DNA of 64,000 nt from an uncultured delta proteobacterium (GTDB taxonomy: Bacteria; Desulfobacterota; Binatia; Binatales; Binataceae), in assembly GCA_963711565.1 (NCBI GenBank), contig CAVQEQ010000001.1, forward strand, positions 1,152,001 to 1,216,000. The letters are read 5' to 3'. Under the pieces are notes generated by a model. The model saw only the letters and a list, made by a program, of their open reading frames with translations, was not told where the DNA came from and searched no databases. The position numbers were made by a program, and so were the translations under genes. Below, in pieces: positions 42,097-52,597 of this stretch. How positions within the stretch are numbered: position 1 is the stretch's first letter; every line of letters starts with the position of its first letter.

Positions 42097-43161
42097 ATGT
42101 CTTTGCTCAAACAGACTATCGCCTCGATTCTTCCGCCGGACAATGAAGCGGCATGGGCGGCCGACGCGCGGCTGGACTCACTAACCAAGCCGCCGGGCAG
42201 CCTCGGCTATCTCGAGGAACTCGTGCGCCGGTACGCGGCAATTCGCCATGACGAATCCGTAAAGTCCGGACGCGGCGCAATCGCGGTCTTCGTTGCCGAT
42301 CACGGCGTTGCCGACGAAGGCGTCAGCGCGTTTCCCCAAGCCGTCACGGCCGAGATGCTGCGCAACATCGCAGGCGGCGGCGCGGCAATCAGCGTGCTCG
42401 CGCGACGCTTCGGCTACGCGCTCAAGGTGGTTGACGTCGGGGTCAAGGTCGATACCAGCGCGAAGCCGCTCGCGGGCGTGACTTATCGTCGCATCGCCGC
42501 CGGCACGCGCAACATCCTCGACGGCCCCGCGATGACGCCGGAGCAAACGACGCGCGCACTGGAAGCGGGAATCGAAATCGCACGCGAGCTAGCCGACGGC
42601 GGCGCGACACTGATCGGCATCGGCGAAATGGGCATCGCGAACAGCACCCCCGCCGCCGCATTACTCTGTGCGCTCACGGGAATCGCACCCGAGTCGATCG
42701 TAGGCCGCGGTACCGGCCTCGACGACGCCGGCGTTCGCCGCAAGACCGAAGTGGTTGCGCGCGCGCTCGAGATTCATCGCGCGGCGCTGACATCAGGCGA
42801 CTCGATGCTGGCCGCGCTCGGCGGTTTCGAGATTGCCGCGATGGCGGGCGCGTGCCTCGGCGGCGCCGCATCCAAAGTTCCGGTGGTGGTCGACGGCTTC
42901 ATCGCGACCGCAGCCGCCGCAGTCGCGGCGAAGATTCATCCCGGCATCTTCGATCATCTGTTTTTCAGCCATCGCTCGGCCGAAGGCGGCCACGCGCTCG
43001 CGCTCGATCATTTCAGGCTGCGGCCGATTCTCGATCTGGACTTGAGGCTCGGCGAGGGCACCGGCGCCGCGCTCGCGATGAACGTGATCGAATCCGCACT
43101 CGACCTGCTCCACAACATGGCGACGTTCGCGGGCGCGGGCGTGTCCGGCAAAGTGCGATGA
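42097..43161 (+). CDS. cobT: Nicotinate-nucleotide-dimethylbenzimidazole phosphoribosyltransferase
   Basis: LTKPPGSLG, ADHGV, GEMGIANST, DGFI and LRLGEGTGA. Confidence 0.95.
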   Translation: MSLLKQTIASILPPDNEAAWAADARLDSLTKPPGSLGYLEELVRRYAAIRHDESVKSGRGAIAVFVADHGVADEGVSAFPQAVTAEMLRNIAGGGAAISVLARRFGYALKVVDVGVKVDTSAKPLAGVTYRRIAAGTRNILDGPAMTPEQTTRALEAGIEIARELADGGATLIGIGEMGIANSTPAAALLCALTGIAPESIVGRGTGLDDAGVRRKTEVVARALEIHRAALTSGDSMLAALGGFEIAAMAGACLGGAASKVPVVVDGFIATAAAAVAAKIHPGIFDHLFFSHRSAEGGHALALDHFRLRPILDLDLRLGEGTGAALAMNVIESALDLLHNMATFAGAGVSGKVR

Positions 43162-43934
43162 ACGACGAGGCGAGCGCGCCGCCACCGAGTCGCGGTTTTC
43201 TCGACGAATTCCCTCTCGCAGTGAGCTTCCTGACGATCCTGCCGGTGATCGATCGCAGTCCAGCGTCGGAGGAGACCGTTGCGGGTTCGCTCACATGGTT
43301 CCCATTGGTCGGTTTCCTTCTCGGATTGGCACTGGTCGGTGAGGATTGGATTCTCGCTCACATCTTCGCGCAAGTGATTCGCTCGGTGCTTATCGTGATC
43401 TCGCTCACGGTCGTTACTGGCGCGGTTCATCTCGACGGACTGGCGGACACGGCAGACGCACTCGGCGCGGGACGCGATCGCGATCGCGCGCTCGACATTC
43501 TCCGCGACAGCCGCGTCGGCACTTTCGGCGCGAGCGCAATTTTCTTCGACCTGACGCTGAAAATCCTCGCGCTCTCGACGCTGGCCGGTCATCGCCGCTA
43601 TGCCGCGCTGATCGTCGCGCCGATGCTTGCGCGGTGGGCGATGCTACTGGTCGCCGCGGGACTGCCTTATCTGCGCACCTCGGGCTCAGGCTCGACGCTG
43701 CTCAGCGGAAGCAATTTGGGTAGGCGCGCGAGCGTCGTCGCCGTCTTCACACTTGTCGTCATGCTGATGCTCGGCGCGATGCGCCCGATCGCCCTCGCCA
43801 CCGCAGTCGCAATCGCAATCGTGTTAGCGATGCGACTCTTCTACCGGCGATGGCTGGGCGGAGTGACTGGCGACTTGATTGGCGCGTGCGGCGAGCTGGT
43901 TGAGATTGCGGTCCTCGTCACGATGGCGTCATAA
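43158..43934 (+). CDS. cobS: Adenosylcobinamide-GDP ribazoletransferase (cobalamin synthase)
   Basis: FLTILP, TGAVHLDGLADTAD, DSRVGTFG and GGVTGDLIGA. ATGA overlap with cobT. Confidence 0.93.
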   Translation: MNDEASAPPPSRGFLDEFPLAVSFLTILPVIDRSPASEETVAGSLTWFPLVGFLLGLALVGEDWILAHIFAQVIRSVLIVISLTVVTGAVHLDGLADTADALGAGRDRDRALDILRDSRVGTFGASAIFFDLTLKILALSTLAGHRRYAALIVAPMLARWAMLLVAAGLPYLRTSGSGSTLLSGSNLGRRASVVAVFTLVVMLMLGAMRPIALATAVAIAIVLAMRLFYRRWLGGVTGDLIGACGELVEIAVLVTMAS

Positions 43935-43943
43935 CGGTCACGC

Positions 43944-44465
43944 TCACTTCAATTTGAGCGGATATCCCGCAACCATCAGAATAACATCGTCAGCCACTGC
44001 CGCTATTTTCTGATTGGTCCATCCCAGCAGGTCGCGGAAGCGGCGCGACTCCGCGTGATCGGTCGGCACGATTCCCGATCCAACTTCGTCGGTGACGACG
44101 ATGCTCGCGAAGGGCGCATGCGTCAGCGCCGCCGCGAGCTTGTCCGCCTCCGCGAGCACGGGGCCGTCGTCCATCCCGTGACGCTGCATCAGGTTGGAAA
44201 TCCAGAGTGTCAGGCAATCGAGCACGACCAGGTCGGCATTTTTATCGAGCTTCTCGAGCGCGGCGACGACCTGGATCGGCTCCTCGACGGTTTGAAAGTC
44301 CGGCGGCCGCGTCGTGCGATGGAATTCGATTCGCGCCGTCATTTCGTCGTCGAGCGCCTGCCCGGTCGCGACGAAAAATTTTCGTTGATACGGGAGCGCC
44401 AGCTTCAGCGCCTGCATGCTCTTGCCGCTGCGCGCGCCGCCGGTGATTAGCGTGATCGTGCCCAT
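43944..44465 (-). CDS. cobU: Bifunctional adenosylcobinamide kinase/guanylyltransferase
   Basis: LITGGARSGKS, DCLTLWISN, EVGSGIVP and FRDLLG. Confidence 0.93.
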   Translation of the reverse strand: MGTITLITGGARSGKSMQALKLALPYQRKFFVATGQALDDEMTARIEFHRTTRPPDFQTVEEPIQVVAALEKLDKNADLVVLDCLTLWISNLMQRHGMDDGPVLAEADKLAAALTHAPFASIVVTDEVGSGIVPTDHAESRRFRDLLGWTNQKIAAVADDVILMVAGYPLKLK

Positions 44466-44531
44466 GCGAATCATCAAGCGTACACGATCGCGCCGCGCGT
44501 GACGAAATTTTTCGCCCGGCTCGCGCAAAGG

Positions 44532-44560
44532 TTGACTACTCGCGGTGCCGCGCGTAACTT
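44532..44560 (+). promoter_or_regulatory. Sigma70-like promoter upstream of the riboswitch
   Basis: TTGACT-17 nt-TAACTT, 9 nt before the riboswitch P1 stem. Confidence 0.55.
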
Positions 44561-44569
44561 CGGCGTCGC

Positions 44570-44703
44570 ACCCGGTGCACGGGAAGCCGGTTCAAATCCG
44601 GCGCTGCCCCGCAACTGTGTGGGGGGACGACGGCCCATCATGCCACCGCTTCGGCGGGAAGGCGGGCCCGAGGACGAACCCCAAGCCAGGAGACCGGCCG
44701 GGT
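44570..44703 (+). ncRNA. Cobalamin riboswitch
   Basis: GGGAAGCCGGTTCAAATCCGGCGCTGCCCCGCAACTGT, GCCAC..GGGAAGGC and the B12 box AAGCCAGGAGACC, upstream of btuB. Confidence 0.95.
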
Positions 44704-44758
44704 CACTAACTGTCTGCCTTCCGCGGGGAGGGTGGCCTCAGGCACGAATTTCCTGAAG

Positions 44759-44795
44759 CCCGATCCTTCGAGCCGCGAGGGGTCGGGTTTTTCTT
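44759..44795 (+). terminator. Riboswitch-controlled intrinsic terminator
   Basis: CCCGATCCTTCG-agccg-CGAGGGGTCGGG followed by TTTTTCTTCTT. Confidence 0.75.
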
Positions 44796-44855
44796 CTTCG
44801 TTGCCCCGACCGCTCCTCCGCGCGTGCTGGCAGCCTTTGAACTCGGAGGGAGTTC

Positions 44856-46958
44856 ATGCGGTTTCTCAATTCGTTCTTGTCGATGGTAGGTGCGATCTCG
44901 CTGTTGGTATCGATCGCACAGGCTCAAGCGCCCGCGTCAGTGGCGTCACCCACGCAGACTCAGATCAAGGCGGCGCCGGCAAATCGGGCCAAGTCCTCGA
45001 CGCCGACAAAAAAGAAAGCCGCACAGGCGACGACGACGCCCAAGAAGGAGGAGGCGCAGAAGCTAAATCCGATAGTGGTCACCGCGACGCGAATCCCGCA
45101 GCCAATCGGCGAGATCGGCACGACGATCACGGTCGTCGAGGACCAACAAATCGAGGAGCAGAAGATTCAACTGGTCTCCGACGTGCTAAGGCAAGTGCCC
45201 GGCGTGCAGGTTACTCAGAGCGGCTCGCCCGGCTCGGAGACCGACGTGTCAATCAGAGGCGCGACCGCAGCGCAGACGCTGGTGCTGGTTGACGGAGTCG
45301 AAGTCAACACAGGCGCGACCGGCGGCTTCGACTTTGCCAACCTGACGACCGGCAATCTCGATCGCGTCGAGATTCTGCGCGGCGCGGGCGGTTCGCTCTA
45401 TGGCTCGCAGGCCATTGGCGGCGTCGTCAACGTGCTGTCACAGGAGGGCGAGGGGCCCCCGACGGCAAGCCTGCTCTCGGCGGGCGGCAATCGCGCGAGC
45501 AGCCAGCAGGTCGCGAACGTCAGCGGCGCCGACGGGAATCTCCACTACTCGGGCGCGGTGTCGTACTTTTCGACTGAGGGTTTTCGTCCGGTCAACGACA
45601 ACTCCGACAATCTCTCGCTCAACGGGCGGCTCGATTACCACCTCGACGAGGACACGGTGATTCGGGCGTTCGCGCGTTACGCCGGCTCGAACGTGAGCCT
45701 GCCCAATTTTCTGGTGGATGATGCCGTGCCGCTCGATCCGACGGCGCATCAGCGCAACGAGTTCATGCTCTACAAGGGCGAAATCGAGCATCACTTCGGC
45801 GAAAATCTGGTGACGGACGTGAGCGCCTTCTTCGTGCGGCAGGACCTGCGCGTGAACGCGCCGCCATTTCCAGGAGGTGACGTATTCGGCACGCCCTATT
45901 ACGAGACCGATTCGATTCCGGAGGAGACCCGCGGCGGCAACGCCGAGGCGATCTACACCTGGCCTACCGGCTTGCCCGGCTTTCGCACGGTTGCGGGCTT
46001 CGACTTTCTCGACAGGTGGATCCGCACGAGCAGCTCGTGCAGCTTTTGCAATCCCCTGCCGCCGTTCGATGCGGGAGTCACGAAATTCCACGCGCGCCGC
46101 CAGGAGTACGCCGGCTACCTCGAGCAGGAGGGCAGTTTTCTCAAGGGGCATGTTCTCGTAACGGGAGGATTCCGCGTCGATGGCAACAGCCAGTTCGGCG
46201 AGGAGGTCAGTCCGGCGTGGTCGGTCGCGATTCCGATTAAGCAAATCTCGACCACCTTGCGCGGCAGCTACACCGAGGGCTTTCGCGCGCCGGACTTCGA
46301 CGATCTGTATTATCCGGACTTCGGCAATCCCAAGCTGAAGCCGGAGATTTCGAGCGAGTACGACGGCGGATTCACCACCAACTTCGGCGAGCGCGCTTCA
46401 CTTACTGCGACCTTCTTCTCGCGCCGCGTTAAGAACCAGATTGGTACAGTGCCGTGCCCATCTTGCGTCTTCGGATCGGAAGCGGGCAACGCGTCGCGCG
46501 TCGATACGCAAGGCGTCGAAGTCGTGCCTAGCGTCACCATCGTCAAAGGACTGACGCTCAGCGGCAACGTGACCGTGCTCGACCAGACGCACGTAAATTC
46601 CCCCGGCGCTACGGCGGACCCGGATTTGCGTGTGGCGAAGCATACGGCGTCGGCGCTGCTGGAATACGTGCGGAGCGGGAATTTCCTGCCTGACGACAAA
46701 TTCATGGCCAACGCGAGCTACGTTTTCGTCGGCGATCGCGACGACCTCACGACTGAGTCCACCATCGCGAATCACGACGCGTACAACCTGGTCAATGCGG
46801 TCGTGTCGTACGAGCTGGGAATCCCGCTCAACCACGTGCACAACGAGGAGATTTTCGCGCGCGTGAATAACCTGATGGACCGCGCCTATTCGCAGGCGTT
46901 CGGATTCAAAGCGCCGACGATCAACGTACTGGCGGGGGTGAAGCTGGATTTCGAATAG
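44856..46958 (+). CDS. btuB: TonB-dependent cobalamin receptor
   Basis: Signal peptide, TonB box IVVTATR, plug RVEILRG..SLYGSQAIGGVVN and beta-barrel. Lies under a B12 riboswitch. Confidence 0.88.
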   Translation: MRFLNSFLSMVGAISLLVSIAQAQAPASVASPTQTQIKAAPANRAKSSTPTKKKAAQATTTPKKEEAQKLNPIVVTATRIPQPIGEIGTTITVVEDQQIEEQKIQLVSDVLRQVPGVQVTQSGSPGSETDVSIRGATAAQTLVLVDGVEVNTGATGGFDFANLTTGNLDRVEILRGAGGSLYGSQAIGGVVNVLSQEGEGPPTASLLSAGGNRASSQQVANVSGADGNLHYSGAVSYFSTEGFRPVNDNSDNLSLNGRLDYHLDEDTVIRAFARYAGSNVSLPNFLVDDAVPLDPTAHQRNEFMLYKGEIEHHFGENLVTDVSAFFVRQDLRVNAPPFPGGDVFGTPYYETDSIPEETRGGNAEAIYTWPTGLPGFRTVAGFDFLDRWIRTSSSCSFCNPLPPFDAGVTKFHARRQEYAGYLEQEGSFLKGHVLVTGGFRVDGNSQFGEEVSPAWSVAIPIKQISTTLRGSYTEGFRAPDFDDLYYPDFGNPKLKPEISSEYDGGFTTNFGERASLTATFFSRRVKNQIGTVPCPSCVFGSEAGNASRVDTQGVEVVPSVTIVKGLTLSGNVTVLDQTHVNSPGATADPDLRVAKHTASALLEYVRSGNFLPDDKFMANASYVFVGDRDDLTTESTIANHDAYNLVNAVVSYELGIPLNHVHNEEIFARVNNLMDRAYSQAFGFKAPTINVLAGVKLDFE

Positions 46959-46999
46959 GACCTTCGCATTGTCGTTCTGAGGCAGCGAAGGAATCCGAC

Positions 47000-47260
47000 T
47001 CCTAACCTCTCCTTGTCGGAGGAAAGGTCGGCGCGAGCCGGAGGTGAGCGACGGGTGAGGTGCAACGCTGCTCGGAGCAGCAAAGCTTGTTTGCTTGTTG
47101 CAGCGTCTCTGAAAGTGGCGCTGCTGGCTGGCGGCGGACCGAGTGTCTAACAGTTGCGGCTAGACGAGTTGGGGTGGTGCGATGTCAGGCGTGGCACCTC
47201 TCCCGGCGCCGCCGCTGCGCGGCTTACGCCGACCTCTCCTCGGACAAGGAGAGGTTAGGA
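47000..47260. repeat. REP/MITE-like element with ~65-bp imperfect terminal inverted repeats
   Basis: TCCTAACCTCTCCTTGTCGGAGGAAAGGTCGGCG...GGGTGAGGTGC (47000-47063) is inverted at 47194-47260. Same family as 38762-38889. Confidence 0.8.
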
Positions 47261-50226
47261 TCAGATGCCGCTCGCTTGGGCGGCGGCGAAGTAGCGGTCG
47301 AAGATTGCGCGAATTCTATCGCGGCGCGCGGATAGTTCGGCGAGCATTCGGGCGGCGCCGTCGGCGCCATCGAAGCCCATCCGGCGCGCCAGCGGGCGCA
47401 GGCCAGTCACCGACGTCGGGATGGCCCAGGCCGGCTGATCGCTCTCGATGCGCAGACGATTTTCCAGGCGCGACAAAAACCGGTAGTCGTCTTCGAGAAT
47501 GGACGCGTCGGCCGCAGTCAGCAGATGGAGGCCGTCGAACGCCTCGAGCAAGCCTATCGTGTCGCGCACGCGCAGCTCCGGATGCCGATGGCCGTGAGAC
47601 AGCGCCATCATCTGCACGAGGAACTCAACGTCCACCAAACCGCCGTGACCCTGCTTGATGTTGAGCCGGGTCTTGTCCTCGGCGCCGATTTCCATTTCCA
47701 TTCGATGGCGCATCGCGGCTATTTCGCCGACCTCGGCTGCGGTCAATCCGCGGCCGTACACGAATTCCTGGCGCGCCGCTTCCACCTCGCGGCCAAGTTC
47801 GCGGTCGCCGGTTATCACGCGCGCGCGCACCAGCGCCTGCCGCTCCCATACCGCGGAACTTTGGCGATGATAGTCGCGGAAACCCTCGAGCGACGTGACC
47901 AGCGGGCCCGCGTTGCCCGACGGGCGCAGGCGCAGGTCGAGCTTGTAGGCGTAGCCCTCGCGCGTGCGCGATTCGAGGATCGCGATCAACTTCTGCGTGA
48001 TGCGCGACGCGATTTCGCGGCTGCCGGCGGCGACTTCGGCGCGATCGTCGTAGACAAAGATCAGATCGAGGTCGGAGTTGTACGACATCTCACCTGCGCC
48101 CAGACGGCCCATCGCAATTGCGCACAGACGCATCGTGGGAGGAATCGCGAAGCGCGCCTCGGTCTGAATCCGCGCGAGCGCCATCGCTTCGTCGAGCACC
48201 GTCTCGGCGAGATTCGTCAGCTCGCGCTCGACGCCGAACAGTTCGAGATCGCCGGCCAGGTCGGCGATCGCGATGCGCAAAAATTCCTGGTGCCGAAATG
48301 CGCGCAGCGCATCAAGCTTGCTCTCGAAATCCGGACTCGCCGCAATCAATCCCGCCAACTCGTCGCGCAGTTCGGACGGACTGCGCCGGGTCGCCGCGAG
48401 GTCGGAGCGCACGAGCGTGTCGAGCATGTCGGGATGCCGGATGAAGATAGTCGAGAGGTACGCGCTCGAGGCGAACAGCCGCAGCAGGATGCGCCGCGTC
48501 GCGGGATGCTGTTCGAGCAAGGCGAGGAACGAGGTCCGCGCGCCGATTGCGGCGATGAATTCGGCCAGGTTCATCAGCGCGAGGTCGGGATCGGGCAGCC
48601 CGCCGATCTCGTCGATCAGCATCGGGCCGAGGCGTTCGAGCAGCTCGCGGCGGCGCGGGCTGGTGGGCGCATGCGAGGGCCCGCGTGCGAGCAGCTCGAG
48701 ATGGCGCGCGCTTTCGTCGGCGCGCACAAAGCCAAGCTCGCGCAGGTAGCGGGTCGAGGAATCGGGATCGAGCGCCGAGTTCCACGCCAATTCAGCCGCG
48801 GAGGAAACCCAGCGCGTCGATTCTTCTTCGCCGCCGGCGAGGGTCTCGCGGAATTGCAGCTCGATCAGCGCCCGATGAGATTTCAGTTGCCGGCTGAATT
48901 TCGCGAGCGCTGCCGGCCCCTTGCCAAAACCCATCCGCGCCGCGAGCGCGCGCATCCCGTCTTCATCGGCCGGCAGCACGTGGGTCTGCAGGCGGCGATG
49001 ATCTGCAGCTTGTGCTCGACATCGCGCAGGAACAGGTACGCGTCGGACAGTTCGCGCGCGCGTTTTGACGGCAGGTAGCCGAGCGAGTCGAGCTTTTCGA
49101 GCGCGGCCACGGTCTGCTCGATGCGGAGCCGTGGATCGCGGCCGCCGTAAATCAGAGTGAGCGCCTGCACGATAAATTCGAGCTCGCGGATTCCGCCGCG
49201 GCCGAGCTTGATGTTGCGCTCGATCATCGCGGGCGTTTTCAGCTCGGCCTCGATCTGATGCTTCATCGCGCGCAACTGGCGCAGCGTGTCGAAGTCGAGG
49301 TAGCTGCGGAACACGAAATGATTCAGCTCGGCGCGCAGTTGGTATCCGATTTCGAGGTCGCCCGCGACCGGCCGCGCACGCAGCAGCGCGGCGCGCTCCC
49401 ACGGCTCGCCGAGGTTCTCGTAGTAGTTGATGGCGCCGTCAATCGGCGTCACCAGCGGCGCGGAACGGCCGCCCGGACGAAGCCGCAGATCGATTCGAAA
49501 GCATCGCGCCGACAGAATTTCGGTAAACCATTCGCCGAGACGCGACGCCGCCTCGGAGCTGTCCGGCGAACCCGACGACGCGTGAAGATAAATCAAATCA
49601 ACGTCCGAGCTCAGGTTCAGTTCGCGCGCGCCAAGCTTGCCCATCGCGAGGATGCAGAATCGCCCGATCGCCCGCGCGCGTTCACCCATAAACCGGGTCG
49701 CGAGATCGAGCGCCGTGCGAATGCATTCGTCGGCCAGCTCCGACATCGCCAGCGCAGTCTCGCCGACGCTCAGCCGGTCAAGCAGATCGGCAATCGCCAC
49801 CTGGACCATCATCCGGCGCACGAAACCGCCGAGCGTGGCGGCAGCGGCCTGACGGTCGGGCGCGTCGATCGTGGCGCGCTCCGCGCGCATCGCGGCGACC
49901 AACCCTTCGATAGTCTGGGCGCGCGCCTCGAGAAAAATTTCCGCCCATCGGGGTCCGGCCAGAGACAGCTCGGTTGCGATCAGCTCCGATGAGCCGAGGC
50001 AGAAAATCAGGTCGGCGGCCGCCTGGCGATCGCGCAATACGTCCTTCAGCGCGGCGGCGGAATTCTCGGTGAGCTTGGTCAGAAACGCGAGCGCCAACTG
50101 GTCGTCCGGCGCGCGAGCCTTGACGGTGGCCAGCGCCTGCAGCGCGAGGCGATCGTTGCCGAGCCGGTCCTTGAGCCTTCTACCGAGGACTGCGAGCTGC
50201 GGGGATTGCGCGGCCGTGCGTGGCAT
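47261..50226 (-). CDS. glnE: Glutamine synthetase adenylyltransferase, split by a 1-nt frameshift near 48992
   Basis: Two nucleotidyltransferase domains (MGKLGARELNLSSDVDL and MGRLGAGEMSYNSDLDL, each with DLRLRP and WER). The frames join at IIA[G]LQTH. Confidence 0.92.
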
Positions 50227-50313
50227 CAGGTAAACGATAACAGACGCGAGCGTATTCGCGCCGCAGGTGCGATCCGGACTGAGGCTGTTGATGTTTGGCG
50301 AACGCGCGGGCGG

Positions 50314-51399
50314 TCAGGTGTTCTGGGCGACGGTCTTTTTCGAGTGATGGGTCTTCGAGGCGGTATGGTGAGAATGTGACGTGTGCGACTTCTTCACGTG
50401 TTTCGGCGCGAAGTCGGCCTTGATCGGCGTGGGCCGAATCTCAGGCTCGTCCTCGATGCCGGGGAAGTACTTGTCCTCGTCGCGATGCACCTGCAACGCG
50501 GCCAGGAACTCCGCGTAGTAGTTCTTTACCGCGAAGCCGAAATGCGGCCCCTGGTAGTGCTCGACCATCTCCGAATAGTCGCCGCCGTAAATTCCGGCCG
50601 CGCGCGCCACTCCCCCGGTGCCGTAGTTGTACGCAGTAATCGCCAGCGGCCAATCGCCGAGTGTGTCGTAGTTTGAGCGCAGCAGTTTGGCGGCCGCGAT
50701 CGTCTCGCGCTCCGGGATCAGGCGATCGTCGTGATAGCGCGTGATTTTCATGTAGTGCTTGCCGGTGTCGCGCGTGAACTGCCAGATGCCGACCGCGCCC
50801 GCGCTCGAGCGCGAAGCGCCGTGGAAGCCCGATTCGACGTGCGCGAGCGTCGCCAGCTCGGGCGGCAGCCCGGCGCTGCGGAAGATGCGCTCCATCGACG
50901 GCATGTAGTAGCGGCTGCGCAGCAGACCGTCGTGGAATTGCTCGCGCAGTCCTTCCTGCACGCGGAGGTTCTGCGCGGCGGCAGCGAAAGCGCTCGGCGG
51001 CTCGCCCTTGAACATCGCGGCGATTTCGCGCTCTTCGTCGTCGGCCGGCGGCCGCGTCGCGAGGCGATTTAGCATGTCGGAATATTTGGTCTTGAGGTAG
51101 CCGTTCGCCCAGTCGATATCGGAGCGCGTCGGCTGGCCTTCACCGGGAAGATGAAACACGTGGTAGATGCGCGAGACGTTGTCGCGATCGACGACCACGA
51201 AATCCTGCTCCGAGTACTTGGTGAAAACGTCGACCCAGAAATTCACGTTGGGCTCGATCGACTTCGGACGCGGGAATGTGATCGTGGTTTCCGAGAACGC
51301 GTTGGGCGGCGCGGCGAAGGCAAACGCGATCGCGAGCATGAGTGCCGCGACTGTTCTTGCGATTCGGTTTGCCGACAACCTGATCTCGAGCAACGCCAT
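50314..51399 (-). CDS. Lytic transglycosylase (SLT domain, MltD-like, no LysM)
   Basis: HVESGF, SAGAVGIWQF and LAITAYNYG. Basic/His-rich tail. Confidence 0.9.
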   Translation of the reverse strand: MALLEIRLSANRIARTVAALMLAIAFAFAAPPNAFSETTITFPRPKSIEPNVNFWVDVFTKYSEQDFVVVDRDNVSRIYHVFHLPGEGQPTRSDIDWANGYLKTKYSDMLNRLATRPPADDEEREIAAMFKGEPPSAFAAAAQNLRVQEGLREQFHDGLLRSRYYMPSMERIFRSAGLPPELATLAHVESGFHGASRSSAGAVGIWQFTRDTGKHYMKITRYHDDRLIPERETIAAAKLLRSNYDTLGDWPLAITAYNYGTGGVARAAGIYGGDYSEMVEHYQGPHFGFAVKNYYAEFLAALQVHRDEDKYFPGIEDEPEIRPTPIKADFAPKHVKKSHTSHSHHTASKTHHSKKTVAQNT

Positions 51400-51524
51400 C
51401 TCCCCACGATGAACAGGACTTCTGAAGTTAGCCGCGATTGCTCCAGTAGTCAACGAATTTCATGCTGTGGCTAAAGGTGAATTCTGCAATCATCCGTTCG
51501 GCTGTTGAACAGATCCGGCGGGAA

Positions 51525-51629
51525 TTACTTGTTGCGCGCTGCGAATTGGCATTCGTCCGTTGCGCGGATCAGTTCGGCCGCGATGCATTCGACGCGTCGT
51601 AGCCCGCGTCGTCGACGATCGTAAGTCGA
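51525..51629 (-). pseudogene. Displaced, degenerate copy of the pip 3' end
   Basis: Translates as RLTIVDDAGYDASNA/IAAELIRATDE(CQ)FAARNK-stop versus pip KLVIVDNAGHDASNASITGELIRATNEFA. By manual alignment, 51551-51626 matches 57031-57110 at about 62/76 nt with a 4-nt gap. Confidence 0.8.
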
Positions 51630-51635
51630 GTTAGA

Positions 51636-52007
51636 TTACATTCCTGATCTGAGCACGAAAAAAAGATCGACTACACCGAAAATCACGAAGCACACGCCGC
51701 CAACGGCATATCCCCACCTGTAGATTGGTATCTCACTTGACGTATCTTTACGACCGAGCCACTTATTTGGTCGGGCGGCCTGCCGCGCGGCGTCCTCGTT
51801 GCGAACTGCACAGAACAATCCGAACACAATCAGAAACAGGTCCTTGAAAGCTCTAAACTTCACTGGTCCGAGGTAGTGCTGACCCAGAATGAAAATGAGC
51901 AATGTCAGTAGGCCGTATAGCCAATAGCGATGAGCTGGCTGCTCGATGCCGGCAGACGCGTTGAGCAACCTGCCAGAGGAAAATAAGAGCCGCCATTTGC
52001 TTTTCAT
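51636..52007 (-). CDS. Small membrane protein, candidate orphan immunity protein
   Basis: Three hydrophobic segments, GGGGAG RBS, downstream of the RHS toxin/immunity pair, AT-richer. Confidence 0.5.
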   Translation of the reverse strand: MKSKWRLLFSSGRLLNASAGIEQPAHRYWLYGLLTLLIFILGQHYLGPVKFRAFKDLFLIVFGLFCAVRNEDAARQAARPNKWLGRKDTSSEIPIYRWGYAVGGVCFVIFGVVDLFFVLRSGM

Positions 52008-52120
52008 CTTGGTCTCCCCTCTCCCCTATTCCACCGCTTTGTCGGCTCGCTGTTCCAGGTGGCTACAAATTCTTTGGTGGAGCGAATGAGTTCCAGCTAA
52101 ATCAATGGCTTTGATGTCGT

Positions 52121-52597
52121 TCAGGTCGCTTTCGCCTCCCCCCTACGCCTTACAGTTCGAGCGATTGATCTCAGAGCCAGAGCAGAAAACGCAACCGACG
52201 GTAAGATGAAGAGGGCGTTACCAATGCGAAGGGCAAAAAGAAGATTGATTGCTGCCCACAGAATGAGAATCGTGGGAACAACGAAGGCGACTGGGATCAG
52301 GCCGAGTATGAAGACAGCCGCCACGAGATCGAACAGGATAAAACCAATTGAAACGCAGAGAAGCAAAGGTTCGCCCATAGATACGGTTAGGAATGCCGTA
52401 TGTATGACCGGGATGGTGGCAGCGAGTACGCTGCCACCTAGGATCGCGCCTGTGAAGCGCTGGGGAGGAGAATCGCCGCGCCGTCGGCGCGCAATACCAT
52501 AGGCGATCATCGCGTAAGGCTGGGCGGCGATCGCGATCGCAGAGATTAGGTATTGTCCTGAAACAGCCATGAAAATCACCACTTCTCCTAAGGTCAC
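52121..52597 (-). CDS. Membrane protein, candidate cognate immunity protein of the RHS toxin
   Basis: Four to five TM segments. The start overlaps the RHS stop (GTGA). Confidence 0.6.
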   Translation of the reverse strand: MTLGEVVIFMAVSGQYLISAIAIAAQPYAMIAYGIARRRRGDSPPQRFTGAILGGSVLAATIPVIHTAFLTVSMGEPLLLCVSIGFILFDLVAAVFILGLIPVAFVVPTILILWAAINLLFALRIGNALFILPSVAFSALALRSIARTVRRRGEAKAT

